Part shown: piece after piece, positions 9,898 to 20,121 of the stretch | Numbering within the stretch: the first letter of the stretch is position 1 | Layout of the letters: each line of letters begins with the position of its first letter | IMG/VR virus record: IMGVR_UViG_3300034684_000299 | Span: 64,001-128,000 of that record | DNA: 64,000 bases | Origin: a virus | Reading direction: 5' to 3' (one strand) | The notes under the pieces: generated by a model | The model's input: only the letters and a program-made list of their open reading frames with translations | Databases searched by the model: none | What the model was told of the DNA's origin: nothing | Position numbers and translations under genes: made by a program

Positions 9898-10857
9898 TTA
9901 ATTTAATTCTAATTTTGCAACTGCTTTAGGATTGATTATGCTCATTCCAAGATTAGTCCATACTTGGAAAGAAGCTATGTTCTTTTCTACTTCGTGCCAA
10001 AATACCAATTCTTCCTCAAGATAATACATCTTACCTAAATAATCCTCTCCAGCAAATCCAAATACTTCATTTGTCGCTACTACATCTTTCTTATTTGTGG
10101 TAACAAACGGTCTGTTCATCAAAGTGTTGTATTCATAACCTTTAACAAAAGTTTCTTTAAACAATTCATCACCAAGTTCGGAAGCTGGTAAAGTTATTAA
10201 ATCATTGTACAATTTAACTGGGAATAACATCATTTCAGTTTTCAAAGGTTTGTCAGCAGTATCTATAAAATTGATCATATCCATCACAGCTTTTTTGAAT
10301 GAAAATCCAGTAGCAGCAAAAGTAGCTGTAGTTTGAAGCCCAGTTTTAGCAACAGCAGCTCTCACCATATCTATAAATTTTTTCTCAATAGCCTTTTCAA
10401 AGTTATAAGTCAATCTACTTTTTATAACTTCTGTGAATGGATATTTATAAGTCCATAATTCTTCCTTTACAAATTCGATCTCAGGAGAAGTAATTTTGTA
10501 GAAATATACAGGTGCCTTATCACCTTGTACCCTTTGTGTTTCAGCTTCCGCTAGGAAATCACCAAATACTACTTCGGTAGATAACTCTGGTTCAATTTCA
10601 ATATACAACATTAAACTTCTGCCAGCTGGATCTTGATCTAAATCTGCTGGTGAAATAGTTTTAGGTGTAATTATTTGAGGCAAAAACATTGCTTCTCTAA
10701 CTTCCGTTTTTATTAAATCATCGATAGTTTTTCCAATTTCTTCAGATTCTGCTGTTTTATTAAATAGAGCATCAGATATTAATTGATTAAATGCGTGAGC
10801 TCCCCCCACAGCTTTCAAAAGTTCCTCAACTTTCAAATTATTTTTCATGAAGTACAC
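9898..10857 (-). CDS. Major capsid protein (HK97 fold)
   Basis: About 319 aa, downstream of protease/scaffold/decoration genes; composition consistent with MCP; true start probably the ATG at 10848. Confidence 0.75.
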   Translation of the reverse strand: MYFMKNNLKVEELLKAVGGAHAFNQLISDALFNKTAESEEIGKTIDDLIKTEVREAMFLPQIITPKTISPADLDQDPAGRSLMLYIEIEPELSTEVVFGDFLAEAETQRVQGDKAPVYFYKITSPEIEFVKEELWTYKYPFTEVIKSRLTYNFEKAIEKKFIDMVRAAVAKTGLQTTATFAATGFSFKKAVMDMINFIDTADKPLKTEMMLFPVKLYNDLITLPASELGDELFKETFVKGYEYNTLMNRPFVTTNKKDVVATNEVFGFAGEDYLGKMYYLEEELVFWHEVEKNIASFQVWTNLGMSIINPKAVAKLELN

Positions 10858-10874
10858 CTCCCATTATTTTTTGA

Positions 10875-11372
10875 TTATAAAGTTTTGATTTTTAGTGCTA
10901 TAACGCTTCCGCCCTCTTCAACAACATCTTCAACAAGGGCAATAGGTTTTACACTTGGATTTGGAGTTGCTGCTCCCTCATTAGGATCTTTGTTGGTTAA
11001 TACAGTAGTATTGCCAACTTTCTTTGCATACAATGATTGTCCAGCAGCATATGCTACACCAGAATTTTCAAAAAAATCAACTATAACTCTTGTTTGGCCA
11101 AAAAATGCTGTTAATCCATTAGATTCTAAAACATCGTTAGCTACACCTGACCCATATACTTGCATATCCCTATTTATATCGGAAATAACCCAATAAACCA
11201 CAGGATATCCATCGAATGGGATTTGCTTATATTCATCACCCAATATAGCTACAGGAGTACCAATAGCGAACATTTCTCTTTTAACAGCTTCATCAGTTAT
11301 AGCTGAATCCATTTGTTTTGTCAGTCTTTGAACATCTTTCAGACTGTGCAAAAGTTCAAATCTTCTTGCCAT
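10875..11372 (-). CDS. Putative head decoration/cement protein
   Basis: 165-aa beta-rich protein immediately upstream of MCP. Confidence 0.5.
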   Translation of the reverse strand: MARRFELLHSLKDVQRLTKQMDSAITDEAVKREMFAIGTPVAILGDEYKQIPFDGYPVVYWVISDINRDMQVYGSGVANDVLESNGLTAFFGQTRVIVDFFENSGVAYAAGQSLYAKKVGNTTVLTNKDPNEGAATPNPSVKPIALVEDVVEEGGSVIALKIKTL

Positions 11373-11398
11373 TAAATTTCACCTCACCTTATTTTCTA

Positions 11399-12196
11399 TT
11401 AATTTATTGTTCTATATTCCAATAATTTATTCACCAATTCCACATATATATCTTCGGAAGTTCTTTGCCCATTTTCAGAAGTAGCTACTTTTCTATACGG
11501 TTCCGCTACATTCAATTCTTCATTCAAAATTTTAGAATTCCAATACTCTGATTCTTTTTCCAATTCTTCATCATTTTTTGCCTTCAAATCTTCTACTTCT
11601 TTGATAATATCTTTAACCTCATAACCTTCAAAATTCGCTTTTTTCTCTAAAATATCCGTTATTATTCTTTCACGTTCTTCTTCTGAATACATAGCCTTCT
11701 TTTGGATATTTTTTTCTTGTTTCTTACTTGAAATTTCAGATTTATTACTATTGTCTTGCTTTATGGATTCTACAGGTTGAGCAAAACTTTGTTCTATATC
11801 TCCAAGTAAAGATTGTAAATATGCATCAAATTCATCTACTGGTTGTGTAGTTGAAGCTGCAGCTACTTTAAATTCTCCTTGTGGCGCATAATTTTGATTT
11901 AACGGTACATTCTGTCCTGATAAAACAATATCTTGATAACGATTTTCTCTTGCTTGTTGATCCATAAGTTCCAACTGCATCTTAGCTAATTCTTCTTGAT
12001 TTTTTTGAAGTTCCTTTTGCCTCTTTAAATTGTTTAATGCCGTATATGCTAGTATTCCAGTAGAAACTGCTCCAGCTGCTCCTGAAGCTACCTGTGCAGC
12101 TCTAACTGCAGCATTTGTTACCTCTTTTACTTTAGTTTTTGCAGCTGTTTTTATTAAGTTATCTTTTATTAATATATATCCTACAGTCCCGTTCAT
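11399..12196 (-). CDS. Putative scaffold/internal head protein
   Basis: Coiled-coil and acidic, five K-x-A sites, N-terminal Ala/Gly-rich hydrophobic stretch. Confidence 0.5.
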   Translation of the reverse strand: MNGTVGYILIKDNLIKTAAKTKVKEVTNAAVRAAQVASGAAGAVSTGILAYTALNNLKRQKELQKNQEELAKMQLELMDQQARENRYQDIVLSGQNVPLNQNYAPQGEFKVAAASTTQPVDEFDAYLQSLLGDIEQSFAQPVESIKQDNSNKSEISSKKQEKNIQKKAMYSEEERERIITDILEKKANFEGYEVKDIIKEVEDLKAKNDEELEKESEYWNSKILNEELNVAEPYRKVATSENGQRTSEDIYVELVNKLLEYRTIN

Positions 12197-12284
12197 TCAT
12201 TCGGCGCAGGAAACCCCATCCTTTAAAGGGTGGAGAGGATGCACCTTCCCTCCTTTCCTGTTAAAATTGCAAAAATGACGCAAA

Positions 12285-12848
12285 TTACATCCCAGGAGCT
12301 GATGGAACATCACTCATCATTCTAGCTGGAACACTAGCTTGTTCAATTGTAGGTGTTGCTGTATTTGCATTCATTTGAGCACTGTTTAAAACAGCTTTAC
12401 CTTCTTCAAATTTTGTTGCTAATTCTGGATCGTTTTGAACAATAGGTTCTAATCCATTTTGAATAACGTATGCAGCAAATTCGCCGGGCAATAATTCATC
12501 TGATAATGTTTTTAATTCTTGGACTAGTTGAGCTCCTGTATCAATTTCTATTGTAGGCACTTGTGTAGGAGTTCCCGCATTAGGATCTACATTTTCTGTT
12601 GATATAGGTTGAGCATTGCTTGGCGTTGCTGATGGAATAGCCGCATCTGCTACTACTTGATCGGTTAATTCTTGAGCGGCCTTAACCATGCCTATTCTTT
12701 GCCCCATACCAAAAATTAAACCTTGTCTGAACATCTCTGCATCTTCAGCCGTTTTAACCAATCCGTTAGTTAATACTGAAGCTTCCTTAATAAACTCATT
12801 AGTCTCTGCTATTTTTTCAAGTTCTTCTACGTTCCATTTTCTTTCCAT
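12285..12848 (-). CDS. Putative internal head protein
   Basis: Four K-x-A sites in the first 60 aa, then a Pro/Thr/Ala-rich body. Confidence 0.5.
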   Translation of the reverse strand: MERKWNVEELEKIAETNEFIKEASVLTNGLVKTAEDAEMFRQGLIFGMGQRIGMVKAAQELTDQVVADAAIPSATPSNAQPISTENVDPNAGTPTQVPTIEIDTGAQLVQELKTLSDELLPGEFAAYVIQNGLEPIVQNDPELATKFEEGKAVLNSAQMNANTATPTIEQASVPARMMSDVPSAPGM

Positions 12849-14275
12849 TACATTTTGCCTCCTTTATTTTTTAAATATTTAACAACATAATCTCCATAAA
12901 TATTAATATTTTGATCAGACGCTGCCTTGTATATCATTTTATAATGTTGCTCATTTGGTGCCGCCGCATAATACGGCTGATTTTCTACACTCGATAAAAA
13001 TCTTTGTAATGCTTCTCTATTTGCTTGATCTGGTTCTTTGATTAAGTATCCAGCAAGCAACTGTTCCAAATCTTCTAAGTTTGTACTTCCTTGAACAAAC
13101 ATTTCTTGAAAAATTTCTCTTGTAACCTCACTTAACATATTTAATATTTGATCCGTATTTGTATACACCATCTTTGCAGCTACTTTAAGATATCCTTGAT
13201 ATCCTGGATCATCAAAATCAAATTGATTTGGATTATAATAATTACCTTCTTTATGCATTGGTATAAAAGGCGGGATAAAACTTCTCCTCTTAATCAATGA
13301 TAACATACCGTCTACTACATCAGGGTTAAACTGTCCGTTATCAATAAAATATTCGTAAGCTTTAGGATTATCTGTTATCATATACATTCCAGGACCTAAC
13401 AGCTGTCGTACTTCTATAGGTTTCAATGGAACTTTTAACATTATCAATGTTTTAATTACATCTTGAGCTGGATATTTTTCTAATATTTTATATTCTTCAT
13501 CTCTTATTGGTTCATCTTCTAAAAATTTGATATCTAAAAGTTCTTGAATCTTTTCTTCAGGTATTTCACCAATTGTTTTTCCTGGTATTTCTTTATCTAT
13601 ACTAGCTTGTTTCATATCAGAGGCAACCTTTGCAAAAACCTTAGCAGTCACATCGGCTCCTCGAGTTACCCAAGAGATATCAAAAAAATTGGGTTGTATA
13701 TTTATTGCATATACCTTTCTACCGTCTGGTAAAATCTCGTTCATATGGTATTTTAAATGATTACAATATTCACTTCTTTTTGTAGCCATATTGCCACAAA
13801 TAGAACAGACATCAAAAGGTACAGTACAACCCATAGATACATCTATTGTATTTCCTTCCTCTAGAAGTTTCATCATTTCTTGCCCTCTGTCATTCATCTC
13901 CACAGCTACAATTAATTCTACTCTATCCATTTCTTCGTTCCAGAATGCTTTTTTAATCCTTCCAAAAGCATCTTTAGGGTCTTTATTTTTATGATGCTCA
14001 AAAAGATAACCATTCTCAAATGTTTGATAATGCTTTATCAATTCTTCCCTTGGAAAATAATCCCCGTTTTTATTCGCACCCCATGTTTCACCAGCAGAAA
14101 CAGCAATTACAGCGATGTATCTATATTTATCGTCAAGTTGTATGGAATTTTTATACTCCAACAATCTAGGCGTCAATATATTCAACGCTGCTTTCTTTTC
14201 CAAAGGTTTATCTTCTTCTAATATAAAAACATTATCATCCAAAGTGAATTGAAATCCTTCTATTCTTTTATACAT
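12848..14275 (-). CDS. Prohead (maturation) protease
   Basis: FEHHKN, DVSMGC and FFDISWVTRGAD correspond to the His/Ser and EvSlV..pA motifs of HK97/herpes-type head proteases; internal CSICG...C..H Zn site. Confidence 0.75.
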   Translation of the reverse strand: MYKRIEGFQFTLDDNVFILEEDKPLEKKAALNILTPRLLEYKNSIQLDDKYRYIAVIAVSAGETWGANKNGDYFPREELIKHYQTFENGYLFEHHKNKDPKDAFGRIKKAFWNEEMDRVELIVAVEMNDRGQEMMKLLEEGNTIDVSMGCTVPFDVCSICGNMATKRSEYCNHLKYHMNEILPDGRKVYAINIQPNFFDISWVTRGADVTAKVFAKVASDMKQASIDKEIPGKTIGEIPEEKIQELLDIKFLEDEPIRDEEYKILEKYPAQDVIKTLIMLKVPLKPIEVRQLLGPGMYMITDNPKAYEYFIDNGQFNPDVVDGMLSLIKRRSFIPPFIPMHKEGNYYNPNQFDFDDPGYQGYLKVAAKMVYTNTDQILNMLSEVTREIFQEMFVQGSTNLEDLEQLLAGYLIKEPDQANREALQRFLSSVENQPYYAAAPNEQHYKMIYKAASDQNINIYGDYVVKYLKNKGGKM

Positions 14276-14279
14276 CTCG

Positions 14280-14675
14280 TCACAAACCTTTAGCCATTAA
14301 GTTAGAATACTGCATCAACATTAGCGGATCAATTCCACCATAATTAAATGCTTTTTTAATTATCTCTTCTACCGCATATGGAGACATGTACAAATTTGGT
14401 ACAAGTTGTGCAACTGTCAACAAATATTTTCTTAATTCTTTTTTATCCCATTGAGGATATTTTTGACTCAACAATCTCTCCATCTTTAATATATCGTCAG
14501 TTGTAACTTTGATTCTAGGAGAAGCTCGACCTTTAAGATTAAGTGTACCAGTTAATCCAGTTGCAAATCTATCGGCTCCTTCATATATTTGTTCTACAAA
14601 AGAAACATATGGGAACCCGCTAGAATCAACTTGCTCAGGAGGTGAAGGCGTATTTTGATTTGTATTTTCAGGCAT
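14280..14675 (-). CDS. Hypothetical head-module protein
   Basis: 131-aa ORF in the head cluster. Confidence 0.55.
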   Translation of the reverse strand: MPENTNQNTPSPPEQVDSSGFPYVSFVEQIYEGADRFATGLTGTLNLKGRASPRIKVTTDDILKMERLLSQKYPQWDKKELRKYLLTVAQLVPNLYMSPYAVEEIIKKAFNYGGIDPLMLMQYSNLMAKGL

Positions 14676-14732
14676 TTTTTTTAATAGATCTCAAAGGATT
14701 CAAGACCTATTGTTCTACCCTCCTTAATTGTA

Positions 14733-15233
14733 CTAGTATTTTATGTTCTTTCCAACAACGAGCATATCGTAGGCAGCTTCTTTAATTAACTCTTCTGGTG
14801 TTCCAAAAAGTTCAATATGAGCATGCAACCTACCTCTTTCACCTGTATATCCTTCTCTTTCCATATGTTCAGCAGCTGTTTTCTCCATTATGTCTATTGC
14901 ATTTGCTACTTCTTGTAATTCATAATCTTTCAAATTTTTTGCCAAATATTCAGCAACTTTAGTCAAATAACCAGTTTCCTCGTACATCTTTTTTGCATAT
15001 TCAGCATCTTTTTCCATCATATCTTGTAAATCTTCTGTGGTGTTTCTATAAGTTTTCAACATATCCAAAGCTGTTAAAACATTTACATATGCTATCTTGA
15101 GTAGATCTCTATCTGTGTATTTGTTCTTTTGTATCTCCTCATTTAAAGCTGCCGTCTTTTCTAAATGCTTATCCTCCACACCAAAATATCTTGGCATCTC
15201 TTCTGCTACCTTCAATAATCCATCTCTTACCAT
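14733..15233 (-). CDS. Putative internal head/scaffold protein
   Basis: Seven (L/M)-x-K-x-A sites in 166 aa. Confidence 0.55.
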   Translation of the reverse strand: MVRDGLLKVAEEMPRYFGVEDKHLEKTAALNEEIQKNKYTDRDLLKIAYVNVLTALDMLKTYRNTTEDLQDMMEKDAEYAKKMYEETGYLTKVAEYLAKNLKDYELQEVANAIDIMEKTAAEHMEREGYTGERGRLHAHIELFGTPEELIKEAAYDMLVVGKNIKY

Positions 15234-15248
15234 TTTCTTATAACCTCC

Positions 15249-16919
15249 TTATAATTCTTCTTTTTCGTAATAGTCTGGAATAAATGTTTCCGTTGATGCT
15301 CCTAATATACCTCCGATGATACTTGAAGTCGTTTTACCTTTACCAACTTTTTTCTTAACATCTTGATAAATATCTTCTTCTGTTATTTTACCACTGTTTA
15401 ATTTGTTTATAGTTCTATTACTTAACCCTGTAGTTCGTAACTCTTTTTGATATTTATTCAGTTTCGCTTGTGCCCCACCTGCAGCAATCAAGCCACCTCC
15501 TAACGCTCCTAAAGTTACATTCCTTGCTCTTGCACCTAGATACTGTTTTCTAACTTCTTTCAATCGCTGTTCTTGTTGCTCTTTAGTTATTTTCCCTTCT
15601 TCGTACATCTCGTTTATATTTCTAACTCTGTCTTTGTATGCCCTGTTTTCTTTACCGCCAGTAACAGCTGTCGAAGTCAAAGCACCAGCGGTTGCACCTT
15701 GTATTCCTACTTGCAACGGTATCTTCTTTGATTTAGCCATAAATTGATCTATAGAAAATTCTACAATTTTTTCGCCTGCTGTTGCAGCTATCTTTTCAAA
15801 GTATTTTTCATCCATTAATCCTTTGTCAACTGCGGTTTTTAACAACAATAATTTATTTTTAATTTCATCTGTAATAGATGCTACCTTCTCATAATTTTTC
15901 ACAACACTATGTACATTATATAATATGTCTTTTTGATCTTCGGTTATACTTGGCGTCTCCAACAACATCGCTATTTTTTCTTGTTGTTTTCTGACTTTTA
16001 ATTTTAATTCTGCATTTCTTATATCATTTTCTAACTTATCAGCATAATAATTAACATTTGCTATTTTAGTTAATGTTTCATATAAATTCTCTGACCCTAT
16101 ATTTTCTACTTCTTCTTCTAATGCTTTTTCATAAGCCAATTTTTTAAATCCTTCTGAAACGTTTATTCCTTCAATTATATATTTTAAATTTTCTTCGGAT
16201 ACTTCTTTTAAACTGGCCTCTTTTCTTATAAATGTTTTTTTAACTTTATCAATAAGTCTTCTAACTAAACTCTTCGCTTTCTTTTTATCTTCATATTTAA
16301 TATTTTCTTTTTCTATTTCATTCAATAAAATTTTTTCCAATTGTTCAGGAGGTATTTTCCCCATTATTTTCTTCATATTATTTTCTATTTCCATCAGTTT
16401 CATTCTCTGTTGCATATTGGTTACCCTTATTTCGTCTTCAGCTATCTTTAAAAATTCTACAGCAGAATCTACAGACTTTTTAGAAATAGAATCATAAAAA
16501 TAGTCTTTTGGTTCTTCTTTAGTAATATTCAAAGAAGCTAATTTTGTCTGTACGGGTTCTATCCATTCTTGGGATTTAGACCAATCTATATCATCCAACA
16601 ACCAATCCTCTGGATGTATACTGTTAGAAGAAACTTCGCTTTTAACTTCCTCTATTTCTATATTTTCTTGCATTTTTTTCAACCAATTTAATACATTTTC
16701 TAATCTTATTATTGGAAATTCAACCTTGTTTTGTTCAAACAATTTTAGTTGAATAAGTTGATTAGTTCTTTCTATCAAACGTTTAATTTCATTGTAATTC
16801 AAACCTCTTTCAATAGATATCTCAGCTACTATTAAATCCGGTGATTTGCTAGTATCAGCTAAATATATTTTTGCAACATTTGTAGCCAAAATATCGTTAC
16901 TCAACTTTGTCATATTCAA
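15249..16919 (-). CDS. Putative internal head/ejection protein
   Basis: At least nine K-x-A sites; C-terminal Gly/Ala-rich hydrophobic segments. Confidence 0.5.
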   Translation of the reverse strand: MNMTKLSNDILATNVAKIYLADTSKSPDLIVAEISIERGLNYNEIKRLIERTNQLIQLKLFEQNKVEFPIIRLENVLNWLKKMQENIEIEEVKSEVSSNSIHPEDWLLDDIDWSKSQEWIEPVQTKLASLNITKEEPKDYFYDSISKKSVDSAVEFLKIAEDEIRVTNMQQRMKLMEIENNMKKIMGKIPPEQLEKILLNEIEKENIKYEDKKKAKSLVRRLIDKVKKTFIRKEASLKEVSEENLKYIIEGINVSEGFKKLAYEKALEEEVENIGSENLYETLTKIANVNYYADKLENDIRNAELKLKVRKQQEKIAMLLETPSITEDQKDILYNVHSVVKNYEKVASITDEIKNKLLLLKTAVDKGLMDEKYFEKIAATAGEKIVEFSIDQFMAKSKKIPLQVGIQGATAGALTSTAVTGGKENRAYKDRVRNINEMYEEGKITKEQQEQRLKEVRKQYLGARARNVTLGALGGGLIAAGGAQAKLNKYQKELRTTGLSNRTINKLNSGKITEEDIYQDVKKKVGKGKTTSSIIGGILGASTETFIPDYYEKEEL

Positions 16920-16997
16920 TTTTCCCAGCCTCCTCTTTTCAATTATATCATTGTCAAAATTTTCATTGGTTCAATATGAATCCCACTAGTTAACTAT

Positions 16998-18623
16998 TTA
17001 TTCCAACTCGGAATCATTCACAGGTTCTTGTGTTATTCTAGCGTCATATGGATTGATCCTTCCAGTGCCTAAAGAAGCTGCAAGATAGCAAAAATTTAAA
17101 GCATGAAATGCATCATCAGGTTTACCTTTTTCATGAGTAAAATATATTTGTCTAAGATTCTCGTTGTAATCTTGATATATATTCAAAAAATCATTTGCAA
17201 ACTCTTTCCATACTTCGTATTTTGGAAATAATATTCTTCGCTCTTTTATACGCTGCATTGTATTACTCATAGATTGTGTTCTACTTACTATATACTTGTA
17301 ACCTTCCCTATCCCATTTGATCAATATTTTTAAATTTCCATTGAGGGAGAATTCCAACACAGGGTCCATATTTGATTGTTGTTTCAATAAATCTTTCCTC
17401 AACCTAGCATTTATTCCACCAGCACCTATACCCCAATCTACACCTATTAAACTTACTCTGAACTTTTGAGCTAACTTCAATATATCCTCATGTACATAAT
17501 TCATATCAGATTCCTTACCCTTGTACTTTTTCATATACACTACTCTAAATATCCCTTTTGGATCATATCCCCCTATAACCAAAACAGTATAAGAATCCAA
17601 TTGACTGTCTTTAGATGAATACGTTGCCCAATCTATACCCATGTACAAAGGTTTGCCATAAAAAATTTCTGAATTGTATCCAGTATCCATATCTCTATTT
17701 TCAGAAGCCAATCTTAACATCTCTTCGTTCATCGGCATGTTGGCATCTTCATACGGTAATCCCAACACTTCATTGTAAAACTTACCCTTTGGATAATTAC
17801 GTCTTCTGTAATTAATATCATCCCAATCTACCGTCGGAGATAAAACCTGTGGTATTCTCATCCCAATAAAATACTTATCTGTTGGATCTGCCATATTAAC
17901 CCATTCACCGTTTCTTGTATCAAGCTCTTTATTGCATGAAGGATTACTACATATCAATCCATTTGGGCCTAAATTATCCTCATCAATAATATTCCATTTT
18001 CCACAATGCGTACATTTGATTGCATATTCTGACATAGTACTTTCTTTCCATGTATCCTCAATAGGATTTTGAAATCTCTTTGGAGTTCCTGTATAAAAAC
18101 GATATTTGTATTCTGAACCTGATAATGTTTCGGATATAACTGGAATAGTATCCGTTAATAAATCTTGTATTTCATCTAATCCAATCATATCAGCAGCTAT
18201 ACCTCTTATATGGTCAGCAGTAAGGTAAGCACTTCTTAGTATTATCTGCGACCCTGTACTAAAATCTTTTTGAAATACATTGTCAACTGAAAATTTTGGA
18301 TTCATATAATATTTTTGTATATATGGTGAATACTGTATAAAATGCTTCAATTTTTGAGACGAGAAAACTTTAACTTGATTCATAGTAGGATTGACATGTA
18401 AAATTTTAAAAAACGGTTTGGTAGTAGCATCTACTACATATTTAGCCGCCAACGTTAAAGATTTTCCAACTTGCCTTCCACATTTTGCTAAAAATCTGGG
18501 ATGTTCTAAATCAAAAAAAGGTCTAAAATAATCACGCCCTTCCAATGTAAAAGGTTTGTTGTTATATTTCAAAATTGACTCGGCAAATTCCGACCTATAC
18601 ATTTCTAAAGTTTTTTTGGACAT
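16998..18623 (-). CDS. terL: Terminase large subunit
   Basis: Walker A-like KCGRQVGKS, Walker B IGLDEIQD, coupling motif TGTP, Zn finger CTHCG..C, nuclease YMGIDW and KPDDAFHA. Confidence 0.9.
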   Translation of the reverse strand: MSKKTLEMYRSEFAESILKYNNKPFTLEGRDYFRPFFDLEHPRFLAKCGRQVGKSLTLAAKYVVDATTKPFFKILHVNPTMNQVKVFSSQKLKHFIQYSPYIQKYYMNPKFSVDNVFQKDFSTGSQIILRSAYLTADHIRGIAADMIGLDEIQDLLTDTIPVISETLSGSEYKYRFYTGTPKRFQNPIEDTWKESTMSEYAIKCTHCGKWNIIDEDNLGPNGLICSNPSCNKELDTRNGEWVNMADPTDKYFIGMRIPQVLSPTVDWDDINYRRRNYPKGKFYNEVLGLPYEDANMPMNEEMLRLASENRDMDTGYNSEIFYGKPLYMGIDWATYSSKDSQLDSYTVLVIGGYDPKGIFRVVYMKKYKGKESDMNYVHEDILKLAQKFRVSLIGVDWGIGAGGINARLRKDLLKQQSNMDPVLEFSLNGNLKILIKWDREGYKYIVSRTQSMSNTMQRIKERRILFPKYEVWKEFANDFLNIYQDYNENLRQIYFTHEKGKPDDAFHALNFCYLAASLGTGRINPYDARITQEPVNDSELE

Positions 18624-18624
18624 C

Positions 18625-18813
18625 TTATACCCCTTTTTCTATCGCTAATTTACCGTCATCAGTAATTTTGCCTTCAGATGTAATATATCCATATTCTAAA
18701 AGTCTATTCTTGTATTTAATATGTTCTGGTAACAACATGCCGTTATTCTTTTCAAAAGCTTCTTTTAAAACCTGTACATATTCTTGACCTATGTCCCCAT
18801 GTTTTTCTAACAT
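18625..18813 (-). CDS. Small protein upstream of terL
   Basis: 62 aa with a winged-helix-like tail (LLEYGYITSEGKITDDG); function unknown. Confidence 0.5.
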   Translation of the reverse strand: MLEKHGDIGQEYVQVLKEAFEKNNGMLLPEHIKYKNRLLEYGYITSEGKITDDGKLAIEKGV

Positions 18814-18825
18814 AAAGAATGCCTC

Positions 18826-19215
18826 CTAGTAGACCCCTACCATTTTTCTTATACGTTTAACCAATTCCTCATCTTTTTTGTTAATAAAATCTCCTTCTAC
18901 AATGTCATATAATTCGTATTTTGACGAAAATAGATCAAAAAATCCTACTGTATACTCACTATCTTCTTCTTTTGAAAACAAATCTACTATATTCGTTCGC
19001 ATTAATATAGGTATTAAATATCCTTCATCTACTTCTATTTCACTTTGTTGCTTTGGATTCAATATTTTAAAAGATTTTTGGGTTATTTTAAAAATTATGT
19101 TTTTATGTTCTCCTTTCAATTCATAACTATCCGGTATTGAACCTACAAAATACTTTATATAATTACTGTTTGAGTTATTCTCTTCAACATTAATTGTGTA
19201 TTTCAAAGGTATCAT
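18826..19215 (-). CDS. Hypothetical protein
   Basis: 129-aa ORF in operon. Confidence 0.55.
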   Translation of the reverse strand: MIPLKYTINVEENNSNSNYIKYFVGSIPDSYELKGEHKNIIFKITQKSFKILNPKQQSEIEVDEGYLIPILMRTNIVDLFSKEEDSEYTVGFFDLFSSKYELYDIVEGDFINKKDEELVKRIRKMVGVY

Positions 19216-19226
19216 CTCCCTAAAAA

Positions 19227-20108
19227 TTATTTTTTGCCTTTTAATTTATATAAAATTTTTATCAATGAATCATAATTTAAACTTTCAACACCTTGTTCTT
19301 TTGCTAACTTCTGAATTTCATCTATCAATTCTTTATCTTCACCCAACATCTTACCTAAATCAGGCACCTTTATATTGATATGTTGTAACAACTCATTACT
19401 ATCTACATCCTTGTTTAATTGCCCTGCAACATTGAATATATTGTTTATAGAATTATCCGTACCAATACTAGTTAAACCTCCAAGTAAATTCTTTATCATA
19501 CTTGCCGTTTGATCTATACTTTGTGGATTTTCTATTAACCTGCCTATTTCTTCTTGTAATTTAGTTAGTGTTTCATCACTTCGCCCTTTCATATAGGAAT
19601 AATCAAATTCCTCCAAATGTCTTATCATAGCTTGTATAGTTGCTCTACCCCATTCATCGTTGTAAACTCTTATCTTAAAAAAATCTGGGCAATCTTTAAA
19701 TTCGCTGTATTTAATAACATATTTCAATTCACCAGTTGCATCAGTTTTAGTTTCTAACTCTTTTGTTTTATTAATATTTATGGTTACCTTTGCTTCTTTC
19801 CTTTCAGGTGCCTTTAAATACAACTGTGTATCTTGATTTTCATATACAGTCAATCTAGTCGGATACCTTTCCCAAGTTCTATAAAAAGCTCCATTTTTAA
19901 AAAATATATTATTTAATTGTGTTTCTATCTCTTTTTTAGGAGCATTAACAGCTACTACAACCGTAGCATCATCAGTTTCAGGAAAAGCGAGATTGTTAGA
20001 ATTCCATACTGAATATGGTTTTCCAGAATCTTTATTGACTAACACTAAACTATATACAGTATCAGGTTTTAATTGATCAACAGGAACTACATCGTATACT
20101 TTTATCAC
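19227..20108 (-). CDS. Hypothetical protein
   Basis: 293-aa ORF with SD, in operon with the fibre genes. Confidence 0.6.
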   Translation of the reverse strand: MIKVYDVVPVDQLKPDTVYSLVLVNKDSGKPYSVWNSNNLAFPETDDATVVVAVNAPKKEIETQLNNIFFKNGAFYRTWERYPTRLTVYENQDTQLYLKAPERKEAKVTININKTKELETKTDATGELKYVIKYSEFKDCPDFFKIRVYNDEWGRATIQAMIRHLEEFDYSYMKGRSDETLTKLQEEIGRLIENPQSIDQTASMIKNLLGGLTSIGTDNSINNIFNVAGQLNKDVDSNELLQHINIKVPDLGKMLGEDKELIDEIQKLAKEQGVESLNYDSLIKILYKLKGKK

Positions 20109-20121
20109 AATTATTACCTCC

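Noticed and set aside
10783-12278. Plus-strand ORFs opposite the head genes (10783..11196, 12030..12278)
   Set aside because: Antisense shadows of well-supported minus-strand genes, with no SD or recognisable motifs.
18625-18813. Terminase small subunit
   Set aside because: Its position fits, but 62 aa is short and no recognisable motif supports the call.
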